IMG/VR virus record: IMGVR_UViG_3300008261_000018
Coordinates: 1 to 64,000 of that record
Length of the DNA stretch: 64,000 nt
Direction: 5' to 3' (one strand)
Source of the DNA: a virus
Shown: positions 37,828-47,638 of the stretch, piece after piece
Layout: each line of letters opens with the position of its first letter
Numbering within the stretch: the stretch's first letter is position 1
Notes under the pieces: generated by a model
Seen by the model: the letters and a program-made list of their open reading frames with translations, nothing else
What the model was told of the DNA's origin: nothing
The model's database searches: none
Program-made: the position numbers and the translations under genes

Positions 37828-38241
37828 ATGCAACGCATCACAGAAGACACCGCCCTGTTCGGTTGGACGGAGCGCGACCTCGCCCAAGAAGCTCACGAGC
37901 TCACGATTTGCAGCATCGCAGTCGATGGACTCATGGAGCTCACCGGCGACGAGGACGATGACGAACTCGCCGCGAAAGTCGACAGCCATCCCGCCGCACG
38001 GAGCGCCTCGGCCTTCCAGGAGTTCAAGGACTCCATCGAGCTCAAAATCGAAGAGGCTTTCGAGCAGGCAGCTCTGGCCTCGCACCCGAACGCATTCAGC
38101 GCCGACAAAGTGACAGGTGGGCAGAACGTCACCAGAGTCACAGCCGTGTCCGCTGACGGCGGCAAGCAGGGGGGGGCATTGGTTGCGATCCAGGTTTGGG
38201 TGCCCTGGAGCGCCCTGCCCGATGGCTTCCTTGCGGCCTAG
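37828..38241 (+). CDS. Hypothetical protein
   Basis: 137 aa acidic ORF divergent from the recombinase. Confidence 0.55.
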   Translation: MQRITEDTALFGWTERDLAQEAHELTICSIAVDGLMELTGDEDDDELAAKVDSHPAARSASAFQEFKDSIELKIEEAFEQAALASHPNAFSADKVTGGQNVTRVTAVSADGGKQGGALVAIQVWVPWSALPDGFLAA

Positions 38242-38268
38242 TCGAGATCCCCTGGCTCCGCCCGCTCG

Positions 38269-39654
38269 TTAGCGGAAGAACAGGCCGCCTGCCTCTGAGA
38301 GGCCCAGCTCGGGAACCGTAAAGGGACCGAGCCTCCATTTGCCGCCACGCCGCCGCGCCGCCTCCGCTCGCAGCAACTGAGGATTAGCGCTTGGGCCTTG
38401 GGCACCGAACGCCCCGGGGTCCAGGCGCTTTTCTTCTGCGCGCTGCCGCTGACTGGGCTTGGCACTGCCGCCCAGCTGCGACACCACCGCGACGGGATTG
38501 CCGATGCGAGCGCCGGTAGCCACTGCCGGCAACACTTGGGCCGCGGCCGCCGGTGCCAGGCGCTGCAGCGCGCCTGCACCCATGCCAACAACAGGGGCGG
38601 CAAGCAGGCCCGTGGCGTATTCCTGCGCTACCCGCTCACCCGCCTTGCGGACATTTCCGGTCTCGACCGCTTGGCGGAACTCCGGATCGAAGAGCGGAAC
38701 CGATCCAGCCAGATCGGTCGTGGCATTGAAGCCAGCCCCGACAGCATTCCGCACCCTTTCAAAGGCGCGGCCAGCGCGGGCGTTCTCCGCGAACTGGATA
38801 GCCATGTCCTTCTCGTACGTCGCCGGGATCCTGGCGGGAGGATTCGAGAGGGCGCTGATCTTGTCTTGATAAGGGAAGATCCCTTCATCAGCCCAACCCC
38901 GTCCGATCTCCAGGCTTCCGTCCATGGCAGCGTCTGAGAGATCAGCGGCGTGAATCGAGCCGCCAGCCGTCCAGCGCTTCGGGGTATAGCGGCCTTCATC
39001 GACGGCACGCTGATAGCCCTGAATCAATTCATCGGCGTACTTCTCGCCGCGAATCCGCGCAGTCCCAACATCCTGATCGGCGATAGCGCGAGTGTTGCGA
39101 GTCTGCGGGGTCGGCATGAAGCCTTCGTCCCAATCAAACTCGCCGGCATCCATGAAATCGAGGTCGCCTCTCTTGAATGAGGGAGCGGCGAGATTGAAGA
39201 CCCGGGTCAGATTTCCCTGCTTGTCTGTCAGGGAGTCCGCAAGCTTTTGGTCCCAGCTCCCTTCTCCGCCGGGCGCGAAGTAGCTGGGATCTACGCCCAG
39301 TTCAATTTGTTTGAGCTTCCGAACCGTAAATGCATCGCGATCCGGCATGGCGCCGTAATTCACGAAGTTGCTGTAGTTCGGGGTGCCCGGCCCTCGATCA
39401 GGGCCGTACCATCCAGGATTGCCGTGAATCGCGCCTGACGCATACAGCTTGTCGAGCGCTGCGTGATCGGTGACGTTCTCGAGAAGCTCGCCATAGACCG
39501 TGGCCGGGACATTCGAGAAACGATGGCCCGCGTCATGGATCGCAAAGGGTCCTGACTCCAGCGGCGGCTGGACATCGAGGCCATAGGGATTGACGAACTC
39601 CTCGCCGAGCTTCAGGACAGAAGTGCGCTTCTGACTTGGATCTCTAGGCGCCAT
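38269..39654 (-). CDS. Hypothetical virion-region protein
   Basis: 461 aa ORF in late operon. Confidence 0.65.
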   Translation of the reverse strand: MAPRDPSQKRTSVLKLGEEFVNPYGLDVQPPLESGPFAIHDAGHRFSNVPATVYGELLENVTDHAALDKLYASGAIHGNPGWYGPDRGPGTPNYSNFVNYGAMPDRDAFTVRKLKQIELGVDPSYFAPGGEGSWDQKLADSLTDKQGNLTRVFNLAAPSFKRGDLDFMDAGEFDWDEGFMPTPQTRNTRAIADQDVGTARIRGEKYADELIQGYQRAVDEGRYTPKRWTAGGSIHAADLSDAAMDGSLEIGRGWADEGIFPYQDKISALSNPPARIPATYEKDMAIQFAENARAGRAFERVRNAVGAGFNATTDLAGSVPLFDPEFRQAVETGNVRKAGERVAQEYATGLLAAPVVGMGAGALQRLAPAAAAQVLPAVATGARIGNPVAVVSQLGGSAKPSQRQRAEEKRLDPGAFGAQGPSANPQLLRAEAARRRGGKWRLGPFTVPELGLSEAGGLFFR

Positions 39655-39932
39655 TACCAGCTCCAGTTGCAACTCCAGTAGCCCGGAGTGGTTTTGTCTT
39701 TTTTCTCGTCACAGTTGTGACGACTCTTGAAATCGGCGCGGCGATCTTCGTCGCCATGGCCGCCGCGACCGTTTGGGCCATTGCGGTAGTTCTCCATCGA
39801 CGGATCACCGAAGCGCACAATCTTGTCGGTGTCGCCATCTTTGACGACAACCGCAAACTTCTTACTCTCACCCGGCGTGCGCTTGGGCTTGTTGTAGCCC
39901 TCGAAGACTTCTCCGGCTTTGCGGACAGTCAT
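39654..39932 (-). CDS. Conserved small phage protein (RFGD...RR..F..RH.C...YWS)
   Basis: Motif common in aquatic phage structural regions. Confidence 0.7.
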   Translation of the reverse strand: MTVRKAGEVFEGYNKPKRTPGESKKFAVVVKDGDTDKIVRFGDPSMENYRNGPNGRGGHGDEDRRADFKSRHNCDEKKDKTTPGYWSCNWSW

Positions 39933-40054
39933 GGCTTGTCCTTCTTCGGCACGCAGTTCGGCACCTTTTTGCCGTCTTTGACCTTCATGCCGATGGCCTC
40001 ATAGCCCTTCCAGCACGCGTCTTTGAGTTTGTCGCCTGCCTTGCGGACTGCCAT
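39929..40054 (-). CDS. Small basic protein MAVRKAGDKLKDACWKGYEAIGMKVKDGKKVPNCVPKKDKP
   Basis: Read manually; CWxGY...GxKxKxGKxVPNCVP motif seen in aquatic phage proteins. Confidence 0.7.
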   Translation of the reverse strand: MAVRKAGDKLKDACWKGYEAIGMKVKDGKKVPNCVPKKDKP

Positions 40055-40056
40055 GG

Positions 40057-40716
40057 TCAGCGCTCCTTCTTGCGACTGCCGTCTTCCTGGCCGCCGCGAT
40101 CCTGCATCAACATCACCGCCGGCACGGAACCAAGCAGAGCGCCAATGCCACCGCCTCGGATCAGATTGCGACCCGAGCGAACAACTGCGGACTCGGCGGC
40201 GCGGGCAATCGGCACGCCCGACGGCTGCGGACCGTACTTGGTGTAATCGCTGCCAATCTTGCGCAGCACTTCGTCTTCAATGCGCTGAGCCCTTGCGCTG
40301 ACCTTACGGGCCGCGTCATCGACGGCCCCGCGGTCAGGCGTGGCTGTCTGGCCACCCGAGAGCATGGTCATTACAGCGTCCCCGCCGTACTGGGATGCCA
40401 CTTGCCTCGCCGCTGCTGTATCGCCAAGTAGGCCGACCATTTCGTTGGCCAGCGGATCTCGAGCCATCACCAGGCCAACACCGGCCGCGGCGGTACCCAA
40501 GGGAATAGCGGTAATAGCAGCATTAGCCAGGTACTCACCACTGTTATTGATCGTGGCATCTCCCATGAAGTAATCCAGGAGGTTCACGATCCCTGTTGTT
40601 GTCAGGCCTCCCACCCCGCTGAGGGCGGCCAGGGCGGTTACGAAATCAATGGAGTCAAGATCATCGCGTCCGAGATCTTGCTTAAGGCGATCGCCAGCGA
40701 GTCGGTTCACAGTCAA
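40057..40716 (-). CDS. Hypothetical virion-region protein with hydrophobic segments
   Basis: 219 aa ORF. Confidence 0.6.
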   Translation of the reverse strand: MTVNRLAGDRLKQDLGRDDLDSIDFVTALAALSGVGGLTTTGIVNLLDYFMGDATINNSGEYLANAAITAIPLGTAAAGVGLVMARDPLANEMVGLLGDTAAARQVASQYGGDAVMTMLSGGQTATPDRGAVDDAARKVSARAQRIEDEVLRKIGSDYTKYGPQPSGVPIARAAESAVVRSGRNLIRGGGIGALLGSVPAVMLMQDRGGQEDGSRKKER

Positions 40717-41186
40717 GCCCTCTTAACAAAGCCTGGCAGGTCTTGGCCGTGATCAGGATTCTTGAGCAGGCGCTGACGCAGCTTCTCGCGCATCACCGGA
40801 TCATTGGCATTCGGGATGCCTTCCACGTTCCGGCCAGGGATCTTGGGATAACTCAGATCGAAGCTCGGGCTACCCGCAAGGATCTCAGGCGCTCCCCCTT
40901 CGTCCCACTGTCCGGGGAACGCACGGTTCCGGTAGTCCTCCATCTGCTGGTCGTACAGGCGCTCGTCGCCTTCCTCCCATGGGATGACAGGCATATTCGA
41001 GTAGTCGCCCTCTTGCGGGCCGCCACCAACTGTGTCTACCAGTGTTCCGGCAATGGCCTCAGCAATTTGCTGATCTTCCGGTGTCAGGATACGCGGATCG
41101 GTGCGACCTTGCTGCGACTGTCTGCCGATGTAATTCACTAGATCAGGCGACAGCCCAAGCCCTTCTCCAGCAAACGCTTGTCGCAC
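40713..41186 (-). CDS. Hypothetical protein
   Basis: TAGACT hexamer 26 nt upstream. Confidence 0.6.
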   Translation of the reverse strand: MRQAFAGEGLGLSPDLVNYIGRQSQQGRTDPRILTPEDQQIAEAIAGTLVDTVGGGPQEGDYSNMPVIPWEEGDERLYDQQMEDYRNRAFPGQWDEGGAPEILAGSPSFDLSYPKIPGRNVEGIPNANDPVMREKLRQRLLKNPDHGQDLPGFVKRA

Positions 41187-41234
41187 TGTCCGGCAGTTAA
41201 GAGTTAGATCAAGTCTACAAAGACTTGCTTCTTC

Positions 41235-41450
41235 CTATTCCAAGTTCTCCTCCAAGATCGGCCGCAGTTGATCGGCAATCGGGAAGTGCCGCAGCAGTGC
41301 CTTGGCTTCTCGCCTGACTTCCCTTGGGATCCTCGGTGTCACTTTCGCGTTGGTCAGACGCAGCAAGAAGTCGCGGGTCGCAACCACCGCTGCCACCCGC
41401 TGCGTCGTGCTGGAAATCTGAGCCCTAGGCCGCTGCGGAAAATTCAGCAT
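41235..41450 (-). CDS. BPSL0761-family-like small protein
   Basis: R..AV..TRDFL..L.....TPRIPREVRREAKALLRHFP. Confidence 0.7.
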   Translation of the reverse strand: MLNFPQRPRAQISSTTQRVAAVVATRDFLLRLTNAKVTPRIPREVRREAKALLRHFPIADQLRPILEENLE

Positions 41451-41661
41451 CAGAAATGCGGATCGATTCCTCTTCTTCGTCGAACCACTGCAACCGGGCT
41501 TCGGCTACATCAGCGCCGACGCGCTCAACGTACATCCGGTGTAGCCCTGTGTATGTGAAGCAGTGCTCGGTGGCAGGGTTGCCGCGATCAAACAACTCGT
41601 AGAGATACTCCACGTAGTCCGCTCGGTTCTGATCCTGCTGAACAGCTGCTGTCGTTTTCAT
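41425..41661 (-). CDS. Hypothetical protein
   Basis: ...LYE...R........YTGL motif. Confidence 0.55.
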   Translation of the reverse strand: MKTTAAVQQDQNRADYVEYLYELFDRGNPATEHCFTYTGLHRMYVERVGADVAEARLQWFDEEEESIRISDAEFSAAA

Positions 41662-41916
41662 GTCATATCGCATCGTGCCTTGCAAGGCTAAGCAGTTACC
41701 AACCGATTGCCAAGGCTTGCAAAGCGCATGACACGGCCCATAATGGGCCCGACTCATCGCGCTAGCCGTGGACCTGCCGACCCCCGAACAGATCGACGCT
41801 CACTACAAGCAGTGGTTCACCGAGAACTACGTCGCCCCCTGCGGTAAGACCCCGCCGACCGTGATCGCCTTCGTGCAGGACGTGCTCGAGACCTTCATCA
41901 AGCCGCAGCTCGAGCA

Positions 41917-42111
41917 GTGATGGATGCATACCGGCTGTCACTGACCCGCAGCTACCCCGATGAGGAGTACTGCCAGACGATCACAGTTCGCGTCGAAACC
42001 GAGGAGATCCACGCCTTGGTGCATGCCTTCTCGGACTTCCTGGAATCCTCGGGATTCCTCAGGGCTTCGATCGCGGCGTCGCTACAGTCCGCCGCGGCAC
42101 GCATGCTGTAG
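41917..42111 (+). CDS. Hypothetical protein
   Basis: 64 aa ORF. Confidence 0.5.
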   Translation: MMDAYRLSLTRSYPDEEYCQTITVRVETEEIHALVHAFSDFLESSGFLRASIAASLQSAAARML

Positions 42112-42158
42112 GCCATGGCAGGCGATGTCTTTACACTGAGGGAAGCATCGCCTGTCTA

Positions 42159-42296
42159 ATGGATCCCACCACTGCTGCGATTATTGCGATCATCATTGCC
42201 GCCGGTAGTGAGATCATTGCCCTGCTGCCGATTCGCAGCAACAGCTGGATTCAGCTGCTGATGCGCGCGCTGAAGTCACTCTTCCCAAAGCGCTGA
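42159..42296 (+). CDS. Small holin-like membrane peptide (MDPTTAAIIAIIIAAGSEIIALLPIRSNSWIQL...)
   Basis: Read manually; TM plus SE...P..SNS.IQL motif; TACACT hexamer upstream. Confidence 0.65.
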   Translation: MDPTTAAIIAIIIAAGSEIIALLPIRSNSWIQLLMRALKSLFPKR

Positions 42297-42520
42297 AGCC
42301 GGGAACGACGTGGCTCTTGCGCTTTGGCGATAAGGACTGGAGGCATCAACTCCAGAAAGCTGCTCAGGACCGCAAGTTCGAGGCGACGCTAAAACCTCGC
42401 TTAGATGCGGCCATCGAAGACTGGCACGCAACGCAACCGCGAACGATTGCTCCGAAAATAAATCAACACGAAGACGGCTCTATGGAAATCAGATCACCAT
42501 GGAGTCATCATTCCGATGAA

Positions 42521-43657
42521 TCAAGAAAATAGTCGGGCGTACTGGAGAATCACGAGTCCGGCACCACCGGGAGCGTCGCCATCGGGATAGTAATTGTAAT
42601 AGCCAATGCCACCGCCGCCGCCGGCGTTCCCGCCGCGACCGTATGTAGGGGCGTAGGTTGTCGCGCCACCCCCGCCGCCGAGAATGCCCCCGAGGCCTGT
42701 GGACATGTAGCGTTACGGACTAGCGTCACACCCCCCGCAACCGCCGCCACCGCCGCCTGGGCCACCGGCCGTGCCTTCAATGGTGCGCGAAAGCGTACTT
42801 TCGTAATGCCACATTCCGGCCGAGCCGCCACCGCCGCCTAGGTAAATCTCATTTGGACTAATAAGAAAGTCGCCCCGCCCGGGTGTACCAGATCTGCCTG
42901 TAGCGCCACCGTAGCTGACATAGCAATTCACTACTGTTCCTGACGCACCGCCCGGACCAAATAGACCATTGCCGCCTGGCTCGGGGGTGTAGTTACTCGC
43001 CCGACTATTGGAAAACGCAGGCCTGCGCATTGAGCCACCACCGGCGCCCCCGGTGTAGCTGCCATTGTTGCCAGGGCCACCTATGCCGCCACCACCGCCC
43101 GAGGCGTAGGAGGAGCCATTACCGCCAGCAAACCCATCACGAATGCCATAAGGGGCGGGGGCGCTGCCACCACCTCCGCCGCCGGCGTTAGTGCTCGAAG
43201 CATAGTAACCAGTGCCGCCAGTGCCGCCTCGACGGTTGATATCTCCGCCAATGCCTAGGCCACCTACTCCATAATTCGCAGTTCCAGCGACTCCGCCATT
43301 GCTCCCCGAGTTCGACACCTCGCAGGCGCCGCCATTGCCCCCAGTCGCCGAGCAATGACTGCCAAAGCTAGAGGTTCCAGACTGAGTTGTTGAGTTGTTG
43401 TTTGGGGCGCCAATTGTGATGGTCTCAGTGGAGCCAAGGCTGGCTGGGGTGATGTGCTTTACTGCCAAGCCGCCGCCGCCGCCGCCATTCGGGGTGACCG
43501 CTCTTGTGTAGTAGGAACAGCCCGTACCACCAGCGCCCCAAACATGGACGAGGATGGGTTTCGAGCCATCTAGATCAGCGGGTTTGGTCCAGGTAAACGT
43601 GCCCTGTGTTCTAAAGATCTCGTAGCAGTTGTAGTTATAGGACTTGAAGTTGGCCAT
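42521..43657 (-). pseudogene. Glycine-rich tail/receptor-binding protein B2 interrupted by an in-frame TAA (42713-42715)
   Basis: ORFs 42713-43657 and 42521-42706 are in the same frame and together are collinear with the full-length paralog 44913-46049. Confidence 0.7.
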
Positions 43658-43663
43658 CCCTGG

Positions 43664-44803
43664 TTACACCACCTTGTACTGAATAATGATCAGGCCGTCC
43701 CCACCGTCGCCGGCGTAATTGTCGTTGCCATAGCCACTCCCACCACCGCCGCCGGCGTTGCCGCCATGGCCACCACTGCTGTAGTGGCACGCGCCGCCAC
43801 CGCCAGCGAGAATCCCGCCGCTGCCGGCCACCAGGTATCCGCCGTTAGTGGATACAGCCCCAACCCCGCCGCCGCCGCCGCCCGGAGCACCGTTGGCGCC
43901 GTTGGCAAAGAAAAAGCCGGAGCTTTGATTGAATGCTCCGCCGCCGCCGCCGCCGCCACCGCCAAAGATGATCTCGTTAGGAGACAGGATCACTCCGCCT
44001 TCCCCGGGCTGAGCCGGACCAGCTACGTCGCCGCCATAGCTGACATAACCCAGATACGTCCTGGCCCCTTGGCCCCCGCCACCGAGAATGCCGGGGCCTC
44101 CCTGCCCAGCGCTGTAGTAACCCAAGTTCGAGGAGAAGCCTGGGCCAGCAGAGCCGCCGCCGCCGCAACCCATGTAATAGCCGTCACCGCCCTCGCCGCC
44201 GATGCCAGCACCACCACCAGCGCCGCGCGTGCTGAAGCCGTGCCCTCCGCGGTATCCGTCAGATAACCCGTACGGGGCAGGAGCAGATCCCCCGCCGCCG
44301 CCGCCAGCATTGGTCGACGCTGCGTTGTAGCCATCGCCCCCTGTTCCGCCCCGACGATTGATATCGCCGCCAACGCCAAGTCCGCCAACGCCGTAAGTCG
44401 AACCGCTGCCCTGATTGGGAGTGCCATTACCGCCACTGTTACCACCAGTTGCTGAGCAGTGAGCGCCGAATGAGCTCGTGCCTCCTACCCCGTCAAAGGC
44501 GGTAGCACCAGTACCAATCACGAGAGTCTCAGTAGAGCCCAGTGCGCTGGTATTGATATATTTCAATGCCAGTCCGCCACCACCGCCGCCCTTCGCGTAC
44601 GGCGCGGGTGCCCCTGAGTTCCCGTAGTCGCCAGCACCACCAGCTCCCCAGACGTGCACGAGAATACGGGTACCGATGAGCCCGGCAGGCTTCTCCCATG
44701 TATATGTTCCAGCAATATGGAAGATCTCGTACTGGTTAAATTCACCCGGCAAGCCGCCGCCACCGCCGCCACCGCCGCTGCTACCCGGAAATCTCCTTCC
44801 CAT
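43664..44803 (-). CDS. Glycine-rich tail/receptor-binding protein A2
   Basis: MGRRFPG...ILVHVWGAGG...polyGly...GDGLIIIQY; paralog of 46053-47186. Confidence 0.8.
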   Translation of the reverse strand: MGRRFPGSSGGGGGGGGLPGEFNQYEIFHIAGTYTWEKPAGLIGTRILVHVWGAGGAGDYGNSGAPAPYAKGGGGGGLALKYINTSALGSTETLVIGTGATAFDGVGGTSSFGAHCSATGGNSGGNGTPNQGSGSTYGVGGLGVGGDINRRGGTGGDGYNAASTNAGGGGGGSAPAPYGLSDGYRGGHGFSTRGAGGGAGIGGEGGDGYYMGCGGGGSAGPGFSSNLGYYSAGQGGPGILGGGGQGARTYLGYVSYGGDVAGPAQPGEGGVILSPNEIIFGGGGGGGGGAFNQSSGFFFANGANGAPGGGGGGVGAVSTNGGYLVAGSGGILAGGGGACHYSSGGHGGNAGGGGGSGYGNDNYAGDGGDGLIIIQYKVV

Positions 44804-44912
44804 TGAAAACCAGTGTCAGTCTGAGTGGATCAGAGGAGATTCGCGGTTGCGCGAACCCACGCATCTATAGATAGGTTAGCGCCAACAATGGGCCGCTCAG
44901 TCGTGCAAATAA

Positions 44913-46049
44913 CTAGACCAGTCGTGCGTATTGAATGACGACCAGTCCATCCCCACCGCGACCAGGCTGGGTCGGATCTCCATTCATGTAATACCCCGCA
45001 CTGCCTCCACCGCCTGCATTGCCGCCCTTCCCGGGGGAGGCGTAATCAGAGCAGCCGCCACCACCGCCAAGCAAGCCGCCATCGCCAGCGCAGCCATAAA
45101 AGCCCGTCGTCGTGTATTTCCCTGTGCCGCCGCCGCCGCCGCCTGGGCCTCCAGGGCTGCCGTTATGCATGGCACGAGGGCTTGACGGCAAATCGTTGTA
45201 CTGCCCTGCGGTGCCGCCGCCGCCGCCCAGATAGATCTCATTGGGTGAGAGCAGGAAATCACCCCCGGCCCTACTTGGATTGCGGCCAGCGCTGCCGCCA
45301 TAGGTGACGTAGCAGACGTAAGTGGTTCCAGAGCAGCTTCCTGGGCCGAACAATCCATTCCCCCCAGGTTCGGGTGTGTAGCTGCTTGAGCGGGAATACG
45401 AGACCGGCCCGCTACGCATGGAGCCACCACCGGACCCTCCGCTGTAGGACCCGCTTCTACCTATTCCACCTATGCCGCCACCGCCGCCACCGGCATAGGT
45501 GGAGCCGTTCCCACCATTGAAGCCGTCCCTGGCACCGTATGGGGCAGGTGCGCTACCGCCGCCGCCGCCGCCAGCGTTGTCGTAAGTCGAGTAATAACCC
45601 GTTCCGCCTTGTCCGCCTCGACGGTTGATATCTCCGCCGATACCTAGGCCACCTACTCCGTAATTTGCAATGCCATTCGTCCCGCCATTACTGCCTGCAT
45701 TCGATGTCGAACAGACGCCGCCGTTTCCCCCCGTAGCCGAACAATGCGAACCAAAGCTCGATGTACCGCCTGGGAGGTTCGAGCTGTAATCGTAGGCACC
45801 GACGGTGATTGTTTCTGTGCCGCCAAGACTGGCTGGGGTGATCAGCTTGACGGCTAAGCCACCACCACCACCACCTCTCCAGTTGCTGTCACTGCCGCTG
45901 TAGTAATCATTCCCGCTCCCGCCTGCTCCCCAGACGTGCACCAGGATCGGCTTACCGCCGTCTAAATCAGTCGGTTTTGTCCAGGTGTAACTCCCAGACA
46001 ATTGAAAGATCTCGACACAGTTGTATAGATACGACTTGAAGTTGGTCAT
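44913..46049 (-). CDS. Glycine-rich tail/receptor-binding protein B1
   Basis: M.NFKSY.YNC...ILVHVWGAGG...GDGLVVIQYARL. Confidence 0.8.
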   Translation of the reverse strand: MTNFKSYLYNCVEIFQLSGSYTWTKPTDLDGGKPILVHVWGAGGSGNDYYSGSDSNWRGGGGGGLAVKLITPASLGGTETITVGAYDYSSNLPGGTSSFGSHCSATGGNGGVCSTSNAGSNGGTNGIANYGVGGLGIGGDINRRGGQGGTGYYSTYDNAGGGGGGSAPAPYGARDGFNGGNGSTYAGGGGGGIGGIGRSGSYSGGSGGGSMRSGPVSYSRSSSYTPEPGGNGLFGPGSCSGTTYVCYVTYGGSAGRNPSRAGGDFLLSPNEIYLGGGGGTAGQYNDLPSSPRAMHNGSPGGPGGGGGGTGKYTTTGFYGCAGDGGLLGGGGGCSDYASPGKGGNAGGGGSAGYYMNGDPTQPGRGGDGLVVIQYARLV

Positions 46050-46052
46050 GGC

Positions 46053-47186
46053 TCAACCCCCCTTCTTGTACTGAATGATGATTAGGCCGTCGCCGCCAAA
46101 GCCCACGAACGAACTCCCGTAGCCGCTACCGCCGCCGCCGCCGCCGTTGCCGCCGTTGCCGCCATAGCAGTAGTGAGCTGCACCGCCTCCACCGCCCAGC
46201 ATGCCTCCACTGCCAGCGCGACCGTAAAAGGATTCTGATGATTGAACCCCCAAGCCGCCGCCGCCAGCGCCAGGGCCGCCATTGCCACCGTCTTGCATGA
46301 TGCCGACGGTGCTTTGGGTGTAACAAACGCCACCTCCACCACCACCTCCGCCGAAGACGATCAGATTTGGTTCAAGGATCATTCGGCCGCCACCATTTTG
46401 CGCAAAGTCACCAACGTCATGTGAGTAACTTGCGTACGCCATGTATGCAGTCGCTGCGATTCCGCCGGCGCCGAGAATGCCTGTACCGCCGTTGCCTGGT
46501 TGTCTGTACGAGCTTGTTCCAAATGCTCCTGGGCCCGCACTCCCGCCGCCGCCACCACCAGCGGTAATTCCCTCGCCTCCTTTGCCACCTATTCCACCAC
46601 CACCACCACCACCGCGCGTGCTGTAGCCATCCCCGCCACGGAATCCATTTCTGTATCCATAGGGAGCAGGGGCAGATCCGCCACCACCACCGCTGCCGTT
46701 AGTAGACGAGCCGGTGATGCCATCCCCTCCTTGGCCGCCCCGGCGGTTGATGTCACCGCCAATGCCCATACCGCCGACGCCGTATAAGGATGCGCTCCCC
46801 TGATTTACCGCGTTATTGCCACCACTGTTCCCACCCGTAGCGGAACAGTGTGCGCCGAAGGACGAGCTGCCACCAGTGCCGACATGAGAGGTCGAGCCTG
46901 CGCCCACCGTAATGGCGACAGTGCTGGCTAACGAGCCAATCGGGATTGACTTGAATGCTAAGCCTCCACCGCCTCCTCCTTGCCCTACGGTATAACCGGA
47001 TCCGCCGTAATCACCGCAGCCTCCGGCGCCCCAGACGTGCACGAGAATACGGGTCCCACTGATATCGCTGGGGACGGTCCACGTGAATGTTCCGCTTTCT
47101 CGATACATCAAGTAAGCGTTAAATTCGCCGAACGAACCGCCACCACCGCTGCTGGCGTTTCCTGTTCCTGGAAACCGTCGTCCCAC
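46053..47186 (-). CDS. Glycine-rich tail/receptor-binding protein A1
   Basis: Same polyglycine scaffold with variable loops. Confidence 0.8.
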   Translation of the reverse strand: MGRRFPGTGNASSGGGGSFGEFNAYLMYRESGTFTWTVPSDISGTRILVHVWGAGGCGDYGGSGYTVGQGGGGGGLAFKSIPIGSLASTVAITVGAGSTSHVGTGGSSSFGAHCSATGGNSGGNNAVNQGSASLYGVGGMGIGGDINRRGGQGGDGITGSSTNGSGGGGGSAPAPYGYRNGFRGGDGYSTRGGGGGGGIGGKGGEGITAGGGGGGSAGPGAFGTSSYRQPGNGGTGILGAGGIAATAYMAYASYSHDVGDFAQNGGGRMILEPNLIVFGGGGGGGGVCYTQSTVGIMQDGGNGGPGAGGGGLGVQSSESFYGRAGSGGMLGGGGGAAHYCYGGNGGNGGGGGGSGYGSSFVGFGGDGLIIIQYKKGG

Positions 47187-47193
47187 GTTCTCC

Positions 47194-47631
47194 TTAGCGA
47201 CTTTCCGTGATCTTCTGAACTGAAGCTTCGCTCAGTACGCCTGCTGTTTTCAGTCTCTCCAGCAGAGCAATATCATCCTGATTGTCCAAGTCAAGATGAC
47301 CTAGAGCCTCCAGCATCGCCAAAAAGTCCCGCAGCTCTGCGTCCTCGCCTGACAGATCAGTCAGAGCAATGCGCTCGCCACGAGTCAACGCGCTCATGAA
47401 CTCCGCCTTTGAAACCAGGCGCTTCTCCACAGGCGCGGCAGGCGCGGGCAGCTCTGCCGGGGCAGGCGCTTTCTTGAGCTTCCCGTCTTCTACCGTGTCA
47501 CCCGGCTCGGCACCTTCTGGAGCTTCCTGGAATTCTTTAGCGATATCAGGATGGAAGCACTGAGCAATATCCTCGCAGCAGCAGACCTCGAGCACCAGGC
47601 CTGTTTCACTCAACCGTGCAAAGTGTGCCAT
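47194..47631 (-). CDS. Tail-fibre-associated (assembly/adaptor-like) protein
   Basis: MAHFARL...V..V...FHPD pattern typical next to Gly-rich fibre genes. Confidence 0.6.
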   Translation of the reverse strand: MAHFARLSETGLVLEVCCCEDIAQCFHPDIAKEFQEAPEGAEPGDTVEDGKLKKAPAPAELPAPAAPVEKRLVSKAEFMSALTRGERIALTDLSGEDAELRDFLAMLEALGHLDLDNQDDIALLERLKTAGVLSEASVQKITESR

Positions 47632-47638
47632 GGCTTAA

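Noticed and set aside
42713-42715. Genome-wide stop-codon reassignment
   Set aside because: TAA, TAG and TGA all end many genes normally; only one in-frame stop was found
42521-47186. Diversity-generating retroelement acting on the Gly-rich paralogs
   Set aside because: No reverse transcriptase in the window; differences between paralogs include many synonymous non-adenine changes rather than A-specific TR/VR mismatches
36466-47186. Invertase/shufflon switching of tail fibres by the serine recombinase
   Set aside because: All four paralogs have the same orientation, no flanking inverted crossover sites were seen, and the enzyme is a large integrase-type LSR
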